From Spirochaetia bacterium (lineage in GTDB: Bacteria; Spirochaetota; Spirochaetia; UBA9216), in contig OZ223269.1 of the NCBI GenBank assembly GCA_965140585.1, positions 1,088,001-1,152,000 of the forward strand: a stretch of DNA of 64,000 bases, written 5' to 3'. The notes under the pieces are model-generated. The model saw only the letters and a list, made by a program, of their open reading frames with translations. It was not told the DNA's origin and did no database searches. The position numbers were made by a program, and so were the translations under genes. Shown piece by piece: positions 27,783 through 37,785 of the stretch; the first letter of the stretch is position 1, and every line of letters begins with the position of its first letter.

Positions 27783-28280
27783 ATGGTAAGAATCCTGGGG
27801 TTGGACCCCGGACTTGCTTCAACCGGATGGGGAGTTTTAGACGCTGACAGCAGCCGGTTTCAACCGGTTGCCTACGGCAGCATTGAAACAGACAAGTCGC
27901 TGTCCACCGGTAACAGACTGAAAATAATCCATGAAAAATGTGAAGAACTCATCAGAGATTTTAAGCCTGCCATCGCAGGAATAGAAAGCCTTTTCTTCGC
28001 GAAGAATGTGACAAGCGCCATTCCCGTAGCTCAGGCACGCGGAGTGCTCCTGCTGGTACTTGCCCAGAATAATATCTCCGCCTCAGAATTTACTCCTCAG
28101 CAGATCAAGCAGTCGCTGACGGGGAATGGACGAGCGGATAAAACTGCTGTTCAGGAAATGGTGAAGATGATTCTCGGTATGGAGGAAATTCCTCAGCCTG
28201 ATCATGCCGCGGATGCTTTAGCAGCGGCTGTCTGTGGTTTCAACGCCTACCTGATGGCTTCAAGGGGAGTTATTGCATGA
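27783..28280 (+). CDS. ruvC: Holliday junction resolvase
   Basis: ILGLDPG, E.LFF.KN, QARG, G.GRADK, DHAADALA. Confidence 0.97.
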   Translation: MVRILGLDPGLASTGWGVLDADSSRFQPVAYGSIETDKSLSTGNRLKIIHEKCEELIRDFKPAIAGIESLFFAKNVTSAIPVAQARGVLLLVLAQNNISASEFTPQQIKQSLTGNGRADKTAVQEMVKMILGMEEIPQPDHAADALAAAVCGFNAYLMASRGVIA

Positions 28281-28873
28281 TAAACAGTATAAGCGGAATA
28301 ATTACAGGCAAGGACGAATCTTCTGTTTTTATAGAAAACAGCGGAATCGAATGGCAGATTCTGATGCCCTTTAATTCCATCACAAAGATGCCTAAAACAG
28401 GAGAAGAAGCCCGTATACTTGTTTATCTTCATCATCGTGAAGATGTAATGCAGCTCTACGGCTTTTATGATAAACGTGAGCGTTCTCTGTTTTTTGATCT
28501 TCTGAAGGTGGGAGGCATAGGTCCTAAACAGGCTGTTCGTATACTTTCGGGAATAGAGGTTGATGCTTTTATCAGACAGCTTGATGAAAACGATGTTGAC
28601 GCTCTGACAAGGCTTCCTGGACTCGGTAAAAAAACCGCCCAGAAGATTGTACTCACCTTGAGAGGCAAATTAAGTCTTGATGAAGAGACTTCCTCATCCG
28701 GCAGCCATAGTGATATAATAAACGCACTTACAGACATGGGCTTTGACCGGAAGAAAGCAGAAACAGCGGTTAGAAAGGCAGCTGATGAACTTTCGGCTGC
28801 TTCCGACAACGGTGACGCCGCAGATTTTGAAAAAGATCTATTTAAAAAAGCCATTGTCATGCTCAGCAGCTGA
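28277..28873 (+). CDS. ruvA: Holliday junction branch migration protein
   Basis: [33 protein letters not shown]. Confidence 0.96.
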   Translation: MINSISGIITGKDESSVFIENSGIEWQILMPFNSITKMPKTGEEARILVYLHHREDVMQLYGFYDKRERSLFFDLLKVGGIGPKQAVRILSGIEVDAFIRQLDENDVDALTRLPGLGKKTAQKIVLTLRGKLSLDEETSSSGSHSDIINALTDMGFDRKKAETAVRKAADELSAASDNGDAADFEKDLFKKAIVMLSS

Positions 28874-28892
28874 CTTTTATTGGGGACGTGTA

Positions 28893-29960
28893 ATGCCTGA
28901 CAGCAAAGATAATCATGACAGTATACTCTCGGGGAATTATGTTCCCGGAACGGATAGTAAAGAAAACGGTTTACGGCCTCAAAAGTTAACCGATTTTCAG
29001 GGCCAGGATGCACTTAAAAGCAACCTTGATATATTCATAAAAGCAGCCAATGAAAGAGAGGAAAGTCTCGATCATGTATTTCTCTGCGGCCCTCCCGGAC
29101 TCGGAAAAACTACTCTGGCCGGAATTATTTCAAATGAGCTTAATGCAGACTTCAAGGTTACAAGTGCACCTGCTATTGAAAAGCCGAAAGATCTTGCAGG
29201 TATACTTACAAGTATTACCGAGAGAAGTGTTTTCTTTATAGACGAGATTCACCGCTTAAAGCCTGCCATCGAAGAAATGCTTTATATAGCAATGGAAGAT
29301 TACGAGATGGACTGGGTCATAGGACAGGGACCGTCTGCCAGGAATATCCGTATTCCAATTCCTCCGTTTACGCTTATCGGAGCTACAACCAAAGCAGGAC
29401 AGGTGGCAAGTCCGCTTTACAGCAGATTCGGAATCTCATTCAGAATGAATTTCTACGAAACAAAGGATATTATCAGCATCCTTAAACGCTCTTCAGGAAT
29501 TCTTGGCATAAACATAGACGAGGATGCTGTTGCACTTCTTGCCCAATGTTCCCGCGGAACTCCCCGTGTAGCAAACAGGCTGCTCAGAAGAATGCGGGAT
29601 TTTGCTCAGGTTGAAGGACTTGATACTATTAACAGGAAGATCATCTCGAATGGATTAAAGCGGCTTGAAATTGATAAAATGGGGCTGGAGCGGCAGGACC
29701 GTGAGATTTTAAGACTGATCATCGAGCGCTACAGCGGCGGACCGGTAGGTGCAGAAACACTGGCGATATCCGCCGGCGAAGCCGTAGAATCGCTTGAAGA
29801 TTTTTACGAACCCTATCTGATTCAGCAGGGATTTATAAAACGTACTCCGAGGGGAAGAATGGTGACAGCACTTGCTTATCAGCATTTAGGGCTGAAAGTT
29901 CCCCCGTCAATCAATACTTTATTGCAGGAAAAGGATGAAGACCAGCAGCTTCTTTTTTGA
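28893..29960 (+). CDS. ruvB: Holliday junction branch migration ATPase
   Basis: [41 protein letters not shown]; likely start ATG 28893. Confidence 0.97.
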   Translation: MPDSKDNHDSILSGNYVPGTDSKENGLRPQKLTDFQGQDALKSNLDIFIKAANEREESLDHVFLCGPPGLGKTTLAGIISNELNADFKVTSAPAIEKPKDLAGILTSITERSVFFIDEIHRLKPAIEEMLYIAMEDYEMDWVIGQGPSARNIRIPIPPFTLIGATTKAGQVASPLYSRFGISFRMNFYETKDIISILKRSSGILGINIDEDAVALLAQCSRGTPRVANRLLRRMRDFAQVEGLDTINRKIISNGLKRLEIDKMGLERQDREILRLIIERYSGGPVGAETLAISAGEAVESLEDFYEPYLIQQGFIKRTPRGRMVTALAYQHLGLKVPPSINTLLQEKDEDQQLLF

Positions 29961-30972
29961 TCTCCCTGAAGATCTAATAGCACAGTATCCCGCTGAAAAA
30001 CGCGGTGAATCAAGATTATTACTTATGGACCGGAAAAACGGTGATTCACTTACAGATTATATGGTTTCAGATTTTCCCAAACTGATTCCCGAGGGCTCAC
30101 TTGTTGTATTCAACAACTCACGTGTTAGAAAAGCCCGACTGTATGCGGAATCTGAAACCGGAGCCAGGATTGAATTTCTTCTGCTTCGCAATCTCGATGA
30201 AGGTGAAGGCATCAAATGGCTTGCAATGGTTTCCAAGTCAAAAAAACAGAAACCGGGCAGAAAATATAAATTCGATGACGGACTTGAAGCCGTTATCACC
30301 GAAATAGACGGAAGTAACAGAGTAATTGAGTTCTCCCATCCGGTTAATGATAACTGGCTTGACACCAATGGTCATATTCCATTACCGCCCTACATTAAAC
30401 GGGATGATGCTGCAGCAGACGCTGAAAGGTATCAAACTGTATTCTCTCAGAAAACAGGCTCAGTAGCAGCGCCCACAGCCGGCCTTCATTTTACAGATGA
30501 TATTCTTTCAGCTATAAAAAAGCGCGGGATAGAGACAGTAAGCCTGACTCTTCACGTCGGCCTTGGAACGTTTCTCCCTGTCAGGACCGAGGATATCACC
30601 GAGCATAAGATGCATTCTGAGGATTATGAAATATCCGAGGAGACCGCCGCGGTAATTAACAGGGCTGTTGCAGATAAAAGACCTGTAACCGCAGTAGGAA
30701 CAACATCAGTTCGAACCCTCGAATCCGAAGCGAAGCGCTGGAACTCTGCCGAGGTCAGGCCGGGCTGCAGAAGCACCGATATTTTTATCTATCCCGGATA
30801 TGATTTCAGGCTTGTAACCCATATGTTTACAAACTTTCATACCCCTGAATCTTCACTGCTGATGCTAGTATCAGCCTTTGCGGGAAAGGACAGCATAATG
30901 AAAACATATTCTGAAGCTGTTAGACGAAAATACCGGTTTTTCTCGTACGGCGATGCCATGTATATACGTTAA
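29935..30972 (+). CDS. queA: S-adenosylmethionine:tRNA ribosyltransferase-isomerase
   Basis: [61 protein letters not shown]. Confidence 0.97.
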   Translation: MKTSSFFFDLPEDLIAQYPAEKRGESRLLLMDRKNGDSLTDYMVSDFPKLIPEGSLVVFNNSRVRKARLYAESETGARIEFLLLRNLDEGEGIKWLAMVSKSKKQKPGRKYKFDDGLEAVITEIDGSNRVIEFSHPVNDNWLDTNGHIPLPPYIKRDDAAADAERYQTVFSQKTGSVAAPTAGLHFTDDILSAIKKRGIETVSLTLHVGLGTFLPVRTEDITEHKMHSEDYEISEETAAVINRAVADKRPVTAVGTTSVRTLESEAKRWNSAEVRPGCRSTDIFIYPGYDFRLVTHMFTNFHTPESSLLMLVSAFAGKDSIMKTYSEAVRRKYRFFSYGDAMYIR

Positions 30973-31007
30973 AATTTATCTGAATTACAGTTTTTAAGAC
31001 CTCTATC

Positions 31008-31036
31008 TTGAATAATTCGGAATCTACCGGTAAGAT
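31008..31036 (+). promoter_or_regulatory. sigma70-type promoter of trkA, near-leaderless
   Basis: TTGAAT(31008)-17 nt-TAAGAT(31031); ATG 10 nt downstream; no SD. Confidence 0.6.
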
Positions 31037-31046
31037 CTCAACCTGT

Positions 31047-32396
31047 ATGAAGATTGTAATACTAGGCGCCGGTTCACGCGGCTATCAGATTGCAAGACAT
31101 CTTATCGAAGAGAAAAAAGATGTAGTGCTGATTGAATCTGATCCTAAAAAGGCATCATACGCGTCGTCCAAGCTTGACTGCCTTGTTATAAACGGTTCAG
31201 GAACTTCTATTGAGGTTCTGAAGGATGCCGGTATCGAAGATACCGATATGTTCATCACAATGACAGATTCTGATGAAGTAAACATGGTTGCCTGCGGGCT
31301 TGTTTCCAGCGAATTCAACGTTGAACATAAGATTGCAAGCATTAGAAACCTGACATATATAGGCTCTCACGGGCTGTCGGGCTCAATTCTTGGAATTGAT
31401 TACATAGTCAATCCTGAAGCCGAGGCTGCAAATACCATCTATGAAATAGTTGATAAGGGTGTTTTCAGCGATATGATTTCTTTCCAGAAATCAGGACTGC
31501 TTCTTCACAACATTCACGTTACCGAAAAATCTCTCTTTCTGAATAAGGATGTTAAAACAATAAGAAATTCGATTAATGATGAGTTTCTTATTGCGGCTAT
31601 ACATCGAAAACACAGATTGATTGTGCCTTCCGGCGACACAGTAATTCATGAGAACGATACTCTTTCGATAGTAGCCGAGCAGTCTGGTGTTGAAAAAGTT
31701 TTTAAGGCCCTGGGTAAGCAGAAGAAGAAACTTAAGAAGATTCTTCTTGTCGGCGGCAGTAAAACAGCACGCTTTCTGCTTAAAAACTTTTCAGCTGCCG
31801 ATCGAAGGCTTTTTGCCCTGGTCGATCAGGACAGTGAAGTCTGTAAGAGCTTCGCAGAGCAGTTCCCTGAGATTCTCATAATTAAATCCGATGTAACAGA
31901 TGAGACGCTCTATGAGGATGAGGATATCGCAAGCTACGACCTCATCATCACCCTGACCAGTAATGATGAGCTGAATATTCTTACTGCCATTTATGCAAGG
32001 CGTATCGGTGTAGAGAAGGCTATGGCTCTTATCAAGCATAATACAAACTATCTGCGGCTGGCTCCGCACCTGGACCTTGATTCTGTGATTTCGGTTAACA
32101 GCTCAACTGTAAATTCTGTTCTGCGGTACATTCGCGGGGGTAATTTTACAAGTGTTCACTCTCTGTTTGAGGGTAAGCTTGAGGTGTTTGAGTTCATAAT
32201 TACTGAGGATACGCCGGTTCTTAACAAGGAAATCAAAGAGATTAACCTTAGAGGCAAGGGTATCATTGCAGGGCTTACCAGAGGCGGACAGAACCTTATT
32301 CCTACAGGTAATGACAGGCTTCAGCTTGATGATGTACTGCTTGTGACAGTAGATCGTGCAAATATCGATTATGTACACAAATTATTCAATTCTTAG
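31047..32396 (+). CDS. trkA: Trk potassium uptake NAD-binding subunit
   Basis: MKIVILGAG, two RCK_N/RCK_C units, DEVN/DELN motifs; adjacent to trkH. Confidence 0.95.
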   Translation: MKIVILGAGSRGYQIARHLIEEKKDVVLIESDPKKASYASSKLDCLVINGSGTSIEVLKDAGIEDTDMFITMTDSDEVNMVACGLVSSEFNVEHKIASIRNLTYIGSHGLSGSILGIDYIVNPEAEAANTIYEIVDKGVFSDMISFQKSGLLLHNIHVTEKSLFLNKDVKTIRNSINDEFLIAAIHRKHRLIVPSGDTVIHENDTLSIVAEQSGVEKVFKALGKQKKKLKKILLVGGSKTARFLLKNFSAADRRLFALVDQDSEVCKSFAEQFPEILIIKSDVTDETLYEDEDIASYDLIITLTSNDELNILTAIYARRIGVEKAMALIKHNTNYLRLAPHLDLDSVISVNSSTVNSVLRYIRGGNFTSVHSLFEGKLEVFEFIITEDTPVLNKEIKEINLRGKGIIAGLTRGGQNLIPTGNDRLQLDDVLLVTVDRANIDYVHKLFNS

Positions 32397-32408
32397 CGGA
32401 GACTTAGT

Positions 32409-33863
32409 TTGAACCCATTTTATATTCTGCGGCTTACAGCAGTAATTCAGGTTGTTGTTTCTGCATTCATGGTAATCCCGGCGGGCATTGCAGCCTATTA
32501 CGGCGAGACTTTTGAGTTTTACTGCTTTCTCGGAACAATACTGGCAATATGGATTTTTGCAGCTGTATATATTCTTCTCACCAGGAAAGCTCCGAACAAG
32601 ATGCTTACCACACGCGACGGATTTTTCTTCGTTACATCAAGCTGGATTCTGGCTGCAGGTTTCGGTGCGATACCGGTATGGATTTCCGGTGCAATACCTA
32701 ATTATGCTGATGCCTACTTTGAAATCATGTCAGGATTTACAACCACCGGTGCTTCAATTCTTACGGATATAGAAGCTCTTCCCAGAAGTATCCTGTTCTG
32801 GCGTTCACTCACGCACTGGCTTGGCGGAATGGGAATTGTAGTACTTGTTGTTGCACTGATCCCTCTGCTGGGTGTAGGCGGAACAAAGCTGGTAGGTGCA
32901 GAATCTCCGGGGCCAGCCGTCGATAAGTTTACGCCTAAAATACGTAATAACGCTCTTATTCTCTGGCTTATCTATCTCGGTCTTTCAGTTATAGAAACAG
33001 TACTTTTGCTTTTCGGTGGAATGGACCTGTTTGATGCTGCAACACATACCTTCGGAACAATGGCCACAGGCGGATTTTCTCCCAAGGCGGCCAGCGTAGG
33101 GCACTATAACAGCGCATATGTTGACGCAGTAATTACCGTATTCATGGTGCTGGCAGGATGCAACTTCGCACTTTACTTTAAAGCAATTAAGGGCAAGTTT
33201 TCCGAGATATTTCATGATGGTGAATTCAAAGCCTATGTAATAATTTTCTTCGTCATAACCGGTCTTATTACTTTAAACCTTTACATGAGCGGAAACTACA
33301 GCACCGGAGGCAGTTCATTCAGGTTCGCATCATTTCAGGTAGCATCAATTATAACCACAACAGGTTATGCTACTGCAGACTTCGAACTCTGGCCCAATTT
33401 TTCCAAGGTTCTTCTGTTTTTCCTGATGTTTATCGGAGGCTGTTCCGGATCTACCGGCGGCGGAATAAAAGTAATCCGTATTGTAACAATGGCCAAACTT
33501 GGGCTTAACAATATCAAGTACATGCTGCATCCACGAGGAGTCTTCTCTTTGAAGATTGGACAATCCACAGTAAAAAAAGAAGTAGTCTATACAATTGCAG
33601 GATTTTTTGCCCTCTACATATTCACTCTTCTTGTAACCACTGTACTGGTCTCCACATCAGGAACTGATATCGAAACCTCGGTAACTACTGCGCTTGTAAC
33701 CGTCGGCAACATTGGTCCGGGATTCGGACAGATTGGTCCTACTGATAACTATTTTTTCTTTCCCGACTATGTGAAGTGGATTCTATCCTTTGCAATGATG
33801 GCCGGACGTCTTGAGCTGTTCACTGTATTTGCACTGCTTACGCCGCAGTTCTGGAAGAGATAA
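32409..33863 (+). CDS. trkH: Trk potassium uptake membrane subunit
   Basis: FEIMSGFTTTG, WLGGMGI, TGGFS, TTTGY, GSTGGGIK, GNIGPG, GRLE. Confidence 0.96.
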   Translation: MNPFYILRLTAVIQVVVSAFMVIPAGIAAYYGETFEFYCFLGTILAIWIFAAVYILLTRKAPNKMLTTRDGFFFVTSSWILAAGFGAIPVWISGAIPNYADAYFEIMSGFTTTGASILTDIEALPRSILFWRSLTHWLGGMGIVVLVVALIPLLGVGGTKLVGAESPGPAVDKFTPKIRNNALILWLIYLGLSVIETVLLLFGGMDLFDAATHTFGTMATGGFSPKAASVGHYNSAYVDAVITVFMVLAGCNFALYFKAIKGKFSEIFHDGEFKAYVIIFFVITGLITLNLYMSGNYSTGGSSFRFASFQVASIITTTGYATADFELWPNFSKVLLFFLMFIGGCSGSTGGGIKVIRIVTMAKLGLNNIKYMLHPRGVFSLKIGQSTVKKEVVYTIAGFFALYIFTLLVTTVLVSTSGTDIETSVTTALVTVGNIGPGFGQIGPTDNYFFFPDYVKWILSFAMMAGRLELFTVFALLTPQFWKR

Positions 33864-33869
33864 TTAATT

Positions 33870-35876
33870 TTAAAGTTCTTCCAGTTCTTTAAGCCAGAGG
33901 TTCACTGAGGCGTCGCTGGGCATCCGCCAGTCGGCACGCGGAGAGAGGGCTATGGTTCCGACTTTTGGGCCGTCGGGTATGCATGAGCGTTTAAACTGCT
34001 GAGAGAAAAACCTTCGGTAAAAAAGCCTCAGCCACTTCTTGATTTCATCCCTGCTGTAAGTGTTAATTCCGTGTTTTCCGTCAAAGGCTTTCTGGGCAAG
34101 AAACAATGTTTTTGAAGGCGTGAAACCGCAGCGTACAACCTGATAGAGAAAGAAATCATGAAGCTCATACGGTCCGATATTTTCCTCGGTCTTCTGGGCA
34201 ATTTCACCGTTCTTATCCGGTGGAAGCAGCTCGGGAGAAATCGGAGTGTCTATGATATCGGCAAGAACCGAAGCCGCTTCGGCTGAGGCAAGGTGATCCT
34301 TGTAGTATTCAACAAGGTACCTGACCAGGGTCTTAGGGACACCGGTATTAACGGCGTACATTGACATATGATCTCCGTTATATGTACACCATCCCATTGC
34401 CAGCTCAGAGAGGTCTCCTGTACCGATAACAATACCGCCGACCTGGTTTGATTTGTTCATCAGGATTTTTGTACGTTCCCTGGCCTGGGTATTCTCGTAG
34501 GTAATATCGGTTGTAATTCCGTCATGGCCCAGATCCTTAAAATGCTGAACGCAGGCTGGAGTTATATCTATAATTTCAATTGGTATTCCCATTGTTTCAC
34601 AAAGTTTTTCCGCATTGGATTTTGTCCTATTTGTAGTCCCGAAACCAGGCATTGTGATGCTCTTAATGCCCTCAGAAGGCAGTCCCAGGCGTTTAAAAGC
34701 ATTAACTATAACAAGCAGGGCAAGCGTTGAATCAAGTCCGCCTGACAGCCCGATAACAACATTTCGACAGCCGATATGACGCAGTCTTGAAGCAAGGGCC
34801 GAACTCTGTATTGAAAAAATTTCTGAGCAGCGTACGGTACGATCCGCTTTCTTTCCGGGAATGAAGGGATGAGCCTGAACATCTCTCCGGATATTTGAAG
34901 GTGAGAGTTCAATCAAATCGTTTAGATTACCGGCTTGAAAATCGCATTCAACAAGCCTGTATGACTTTCCGTCTCGGCCGCGTCCCAGTTCTACGGCTCC
35001 GCACTCGGCGAAAGTCTTGTTTGCGGTTCTTTCATGCTCTATAAAATCAATATCCGCATCAGCGTAGATGATACTGTCGGATCCTGTAAAGCGGTCTCCT
35101 TCACAAAGAAGCCTTCCGTTTTCGGCTATAATCTGATGCCCGCCGAAAACGGTATCAGTTGTGCTTTCATATATCCCTGAAGAACAGTAAGTGTATGCAC
35201 AAAGATACTGGCCTGAAAGCTTGGAAATAAGTTCCCTGCGGTAATCAGCCTTTCCGGCAAGTTCGTTGCTTGCAGAAAGATTAAGAATCACATCGGCACC
35301 GGCCAGCGCCATGGAAGCTGAAGGCGGAATCGGAGCCCACATATCTTCACATATTTCAACCCCGACAGTAAAATCACGTTCCCCGGATGAATCTGAGCAC
35401 TTGAAAAGCAGATCCGAGCCGAAGGGAATCTCGTCTCCGTCATAGAGAATACTATCTGAGACTGAATCGCTCCCGCTTGAGAACCATCTTGCCTCATAAT
35501 ATTCACCATAATTAGGGATATATGTCTTGGGAACCAGCCCCATTATTGCCCCTCCGGAAATTACGGCTGCGCAGTTATAAAGTCTGGCATCATGATACAC
35601 GGGAAGACCGACGGCTATTAATGCCGGGATGTCTGCTGTTGATTCTGCAATATATTTCAGCGCCTTCATTGATGCCGATCTTAGTTTTTTCTGCAGGAAC
35701 AGATCTGCGCAGGTGTAACCTGTAAGACTGAGTTCCGGAAAAAGTATAATATCTGCGCCCTCGTTACAGGCCTCAAATGCGGTTTTTGTGATTGCGAGTG
35801 TATTGGTATCAATGTCTGCCAGTTTAAGCTCAGGGCTTACACAGGCTATGCGTACAAATCCGTGACTGTTCTTCAT
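33870..35876 (-). CDS. nadE: Glutamine-dependent NAD+ synthetase
   Basis: Nitrilase domain (FPELSLTGY, PK, EICED) plus SGGLDSTL, ENTQARER, GTGDLSE, SQQFKRS. Confidence 0.96.
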   Translation of the reverse strand: MKNSHGFVRIACVSPELKLADIDTNTLAITKTAFEACNEGADIILFPELSLTGYTCADLFLQKKLRSASMKALKYIAESTADIPALIAVGLPVYHDARLYNCAAVISGGAIMGLVPKTYIPNYGEYYEARWFSSGSDSVSDSILYDGDEIPFGSDLLFKCSDSSGERDFTVGVEICEDMWAPIPPSASMALAGADVILNLSASNELAGKADYRRELISKLSGQYLCAYTYCSSGIYESTTDTVFGGHQIIAENGRLLCEGDRFTGSDSIIYADADIDFIEHERTANKTFAECGAVELGRGRDGKSYRLVECDFQAGNLNDLIELSPSNIRRDVQAHPFIPGKKADRTVRCSEIFSIQSSALASRLRHIGCRNVVIGLSGGLDSTLALLVIVNAFKRLGLPSEGIKSITMPGFGTTNRTKSNAEKLCETMGIPIEIIDITPACVQHFKDLGHDGITTDITYENTQARERTKILMNKSNQVGGIVIGTGDLSELAMGWCTYNGDHMSMYAVNTGVPKTLVRYLVEYYKDHLASAEAASVLADIIDTPISPELLPPDKNGEIAQKTEENIGPYELHDFFLYQVVRCGFTPSKTLFLAQKAFDGKHGINTYSRDEIKKWLRLFYRRFFSQQFKRSCIPDGPKVGTIALSPRADWRMPSDASVNLWLKELEEL

Positions 35877-35898
35877 GGCTGAATTGTATCACAACAAT

Positions 35899-36819
35899 TC
35901 AGTAGGTGTAACCGGCTTCATTTAAAAGATCATCAGCCTCATCTGTATTTTTAATTGCAGCTAGTTTTTCAAAATAAACAGGACTGCAGAAAATTTTAAC
36001 CAGTGTCTCTGAATCCCACTTAATCTGTTCAGCATAGGTCATACAGTTTTCAGGTGCTTTAGTGAAAGCGACGTATATTATACCCTCAATGTAAATATCA
36101 CGCCCCTTACCGAGAATTTTCTTTATTTCTTTCTCGCTCAGTGGTTCCACATAGGCATCTGACGTTACAGCCTGCATAAAGTTATGAGCAGCTTCACTGC
36201 TTAGGTTATTCAGCAGTGATTCAAGAAAATATCCGGTTGAATCAACAGCCGCTAAATAAGAATCAGCATTATAGTCAGGGTTTTCTCCATTATCCTCAAG
36301 CCAAAGATGCTGTGCGTTCGTAATACCTCCATGTGCAAACAGATCCTCGAAGGTGTGCATAAAAAATCCGGTAAGGTAGGCAGCTTCTCTTGTATTTCCA
36401 TCAGCCCATTGCGCCTCTATCCTGCGTAGAAAACCGGCACAGTAAACAAGATAATCTGTTACAGATTTATTTTCGAAGGTCTCGAGCTCTTCAGAGTTCA
36501 TCTGCTTGTTGTACTTATATTCATAGCTCTGAGAATGGCTTTCCTGAATGCCGAAATTGTAGAGATCCGGGCCTCCGGATGCCCAGAGGATTATATCTGT
36601 AGCAGTAGGATTCTCGAACCCATAGCTTTCGATACCGTATATGGGCATTGTTTTTACTGAAACTATGGTACCCTGATGTTTTCCGAAGAGGCTTTCCAGC
36701 GCCTGAGCACTTATAGACCAGTGAGATCCGTCAGCATTACCCAGACCCGGAAAAGCAAAAACTGATGCAGCACATGCAAGAAGTAGAATCAGAAATGCAG
36801 TAAATTTTGTTTTTTTCAT
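35899..36819 (-). CDS. Secreted protein, probable Zn-dependent phospholipase C / S1-P1 nuclease fold
   Basis: Signal peptide; early His (GSHW), G..PD, H, and G…H.xxD..xH (GFFMHTFEDLFAH) spacing. Confidence 0.5.
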   Translation of the reverse strand: MKKTKFTAFLILLLACAASVFAFPGLGNADGSHWSISAQALESLFGKHQGTIVSVKTMPIYGIESYGFENPTATDIILWASGGPDLYNFGIQESHSQSYEYKYNKQMNSEELETFENKSVTDYLVYCAGFLRRIEAQWADGNTREAAYLTGFFMHTFEDLFAHGGITNAQHLWLEDNGENPDYNADSYLAAVDSTGYFLESLLNNLSSEAAHNFMQAVTSDAYVEPLSEKEIKKILGKGRDIYIEGIIYVAFTKAPENCMTYAEQIKWDSETLVKIFCSPVYFEKLAAIKNTDEADDLLNEAGYTY

Positions 36820-36820
36820 T

Positions 36821-37726
36821 TCACACCCTTGAACGGTATTTAAAAAGTTTTATTTTTACGCCTATCAGCGGCCAGAGCAGCGTAACCCAGAGTCCGACAA
36901 TGCCGTATCTGAAAAAGTCTGCAGCGTAGTGATGAGGCAACAGAGGCTTCAGACCGACCATCAGTCCAATAGTTATTACAAGTCCAAGTATGTACCTTAT
37001 GATCTTTGCAGGCCATCCTGCATCCTTAGGAGCAAAATCAACATGTCGCTCCTGAATAAAAAAGCCGTACACAGCACCGGTAGAGACACCGGCTATTTTG
37101 AAGTAATCAGTTATTTTCATTGAACCTTTTAGGTAAAAAATATCCAGAATCAGCAGAACTGCAGCAATCATGATTAAAACAAAATTCAGGCTGAAAAAAA
37201 TCCTGCGAAGCATCAGTTCATCTTCATAATAACGATCAATTACCGTACAGAAGAGCACAGACATGATTATTCCGAGCACTATACCGCCAAGCACATCAAC
37301 AGGCCAATGTACCCCGAGATAAACCCTGCTTATCCCAACAAGCACAAATACAACAATACTAAGGACGGCAAACCATTTCCGCTGTATGATATTAGCCCAG
37401 GTCAGGAAAAAGGTGGTGGTTCCCTGGGTATGCCCGCTTGGAAAAGAGTAGCCTGTTGCAGTTTCAACACGCTTCCCGCTGATAAAATCAAGCTTCTCAA
37501 AGGGCCGCTGAGAATGAACAGAAATCTTAACGATTGAATTAAGTGCGGATGAATACATGAATGCAGCGGCAAGCTTGAAACCGTCTTTTTTGGACACATT
37601 CCAGTATATAAAAGCAATAATAATGATGAAGAAATACTGCTCTCCAAGCATTGTTATATATTCAGCAATATGGTCGAGCAAGGGTGTGGCTATATCATTA
37701 AAAAACCTTAAAATAGCAATCTGCAT
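36821..37726 (-). CDS. PAP2-family membrane phosphatase
   Basis: K…RP, SFPSGH, SRVYLGVHWPVDV; GGAGG SD before ATG 37726. Confidence 0.92.
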   Translation of the reverse strand: MQIAILRFFNDIATPLLDHIAEYITMLGEQYFFIIIIAFIYWNVSKKDGFKLAAAFMYSSALNSIVKISVHSQRPFEKLDFISGKRVETATGYSFPSGHTQGTTTFFLTWANIIQRKWFAVLSIVVFVLVGISRVYLGVHWPVDVLGGIVLGIIMSVLFCTVIDRYYEDELMLRRIFFSLNFVLIMIAAVLLILDIFYLKGSMKITDYFKIAGVSTGAVYGFFIQERHVDFAPKDAGWPAKIIRYILGLVITIGLMVGLKPLLPHHYAADFFRYGIVGLWVTLLWPLIGVKIKLFKYRSRV

Positions 37727-37785
37727 AATTACCTCCACTAAACATTAATATAGTATCGTCATAACAAATATGCTAACATGAGATT

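Noticed and set aside
28743-28892. N-terminal extension of RuvB in the ORF track
   Set aside because: Overlaps ruvA; the recognisable RuvB sequence begins near ATG 28893
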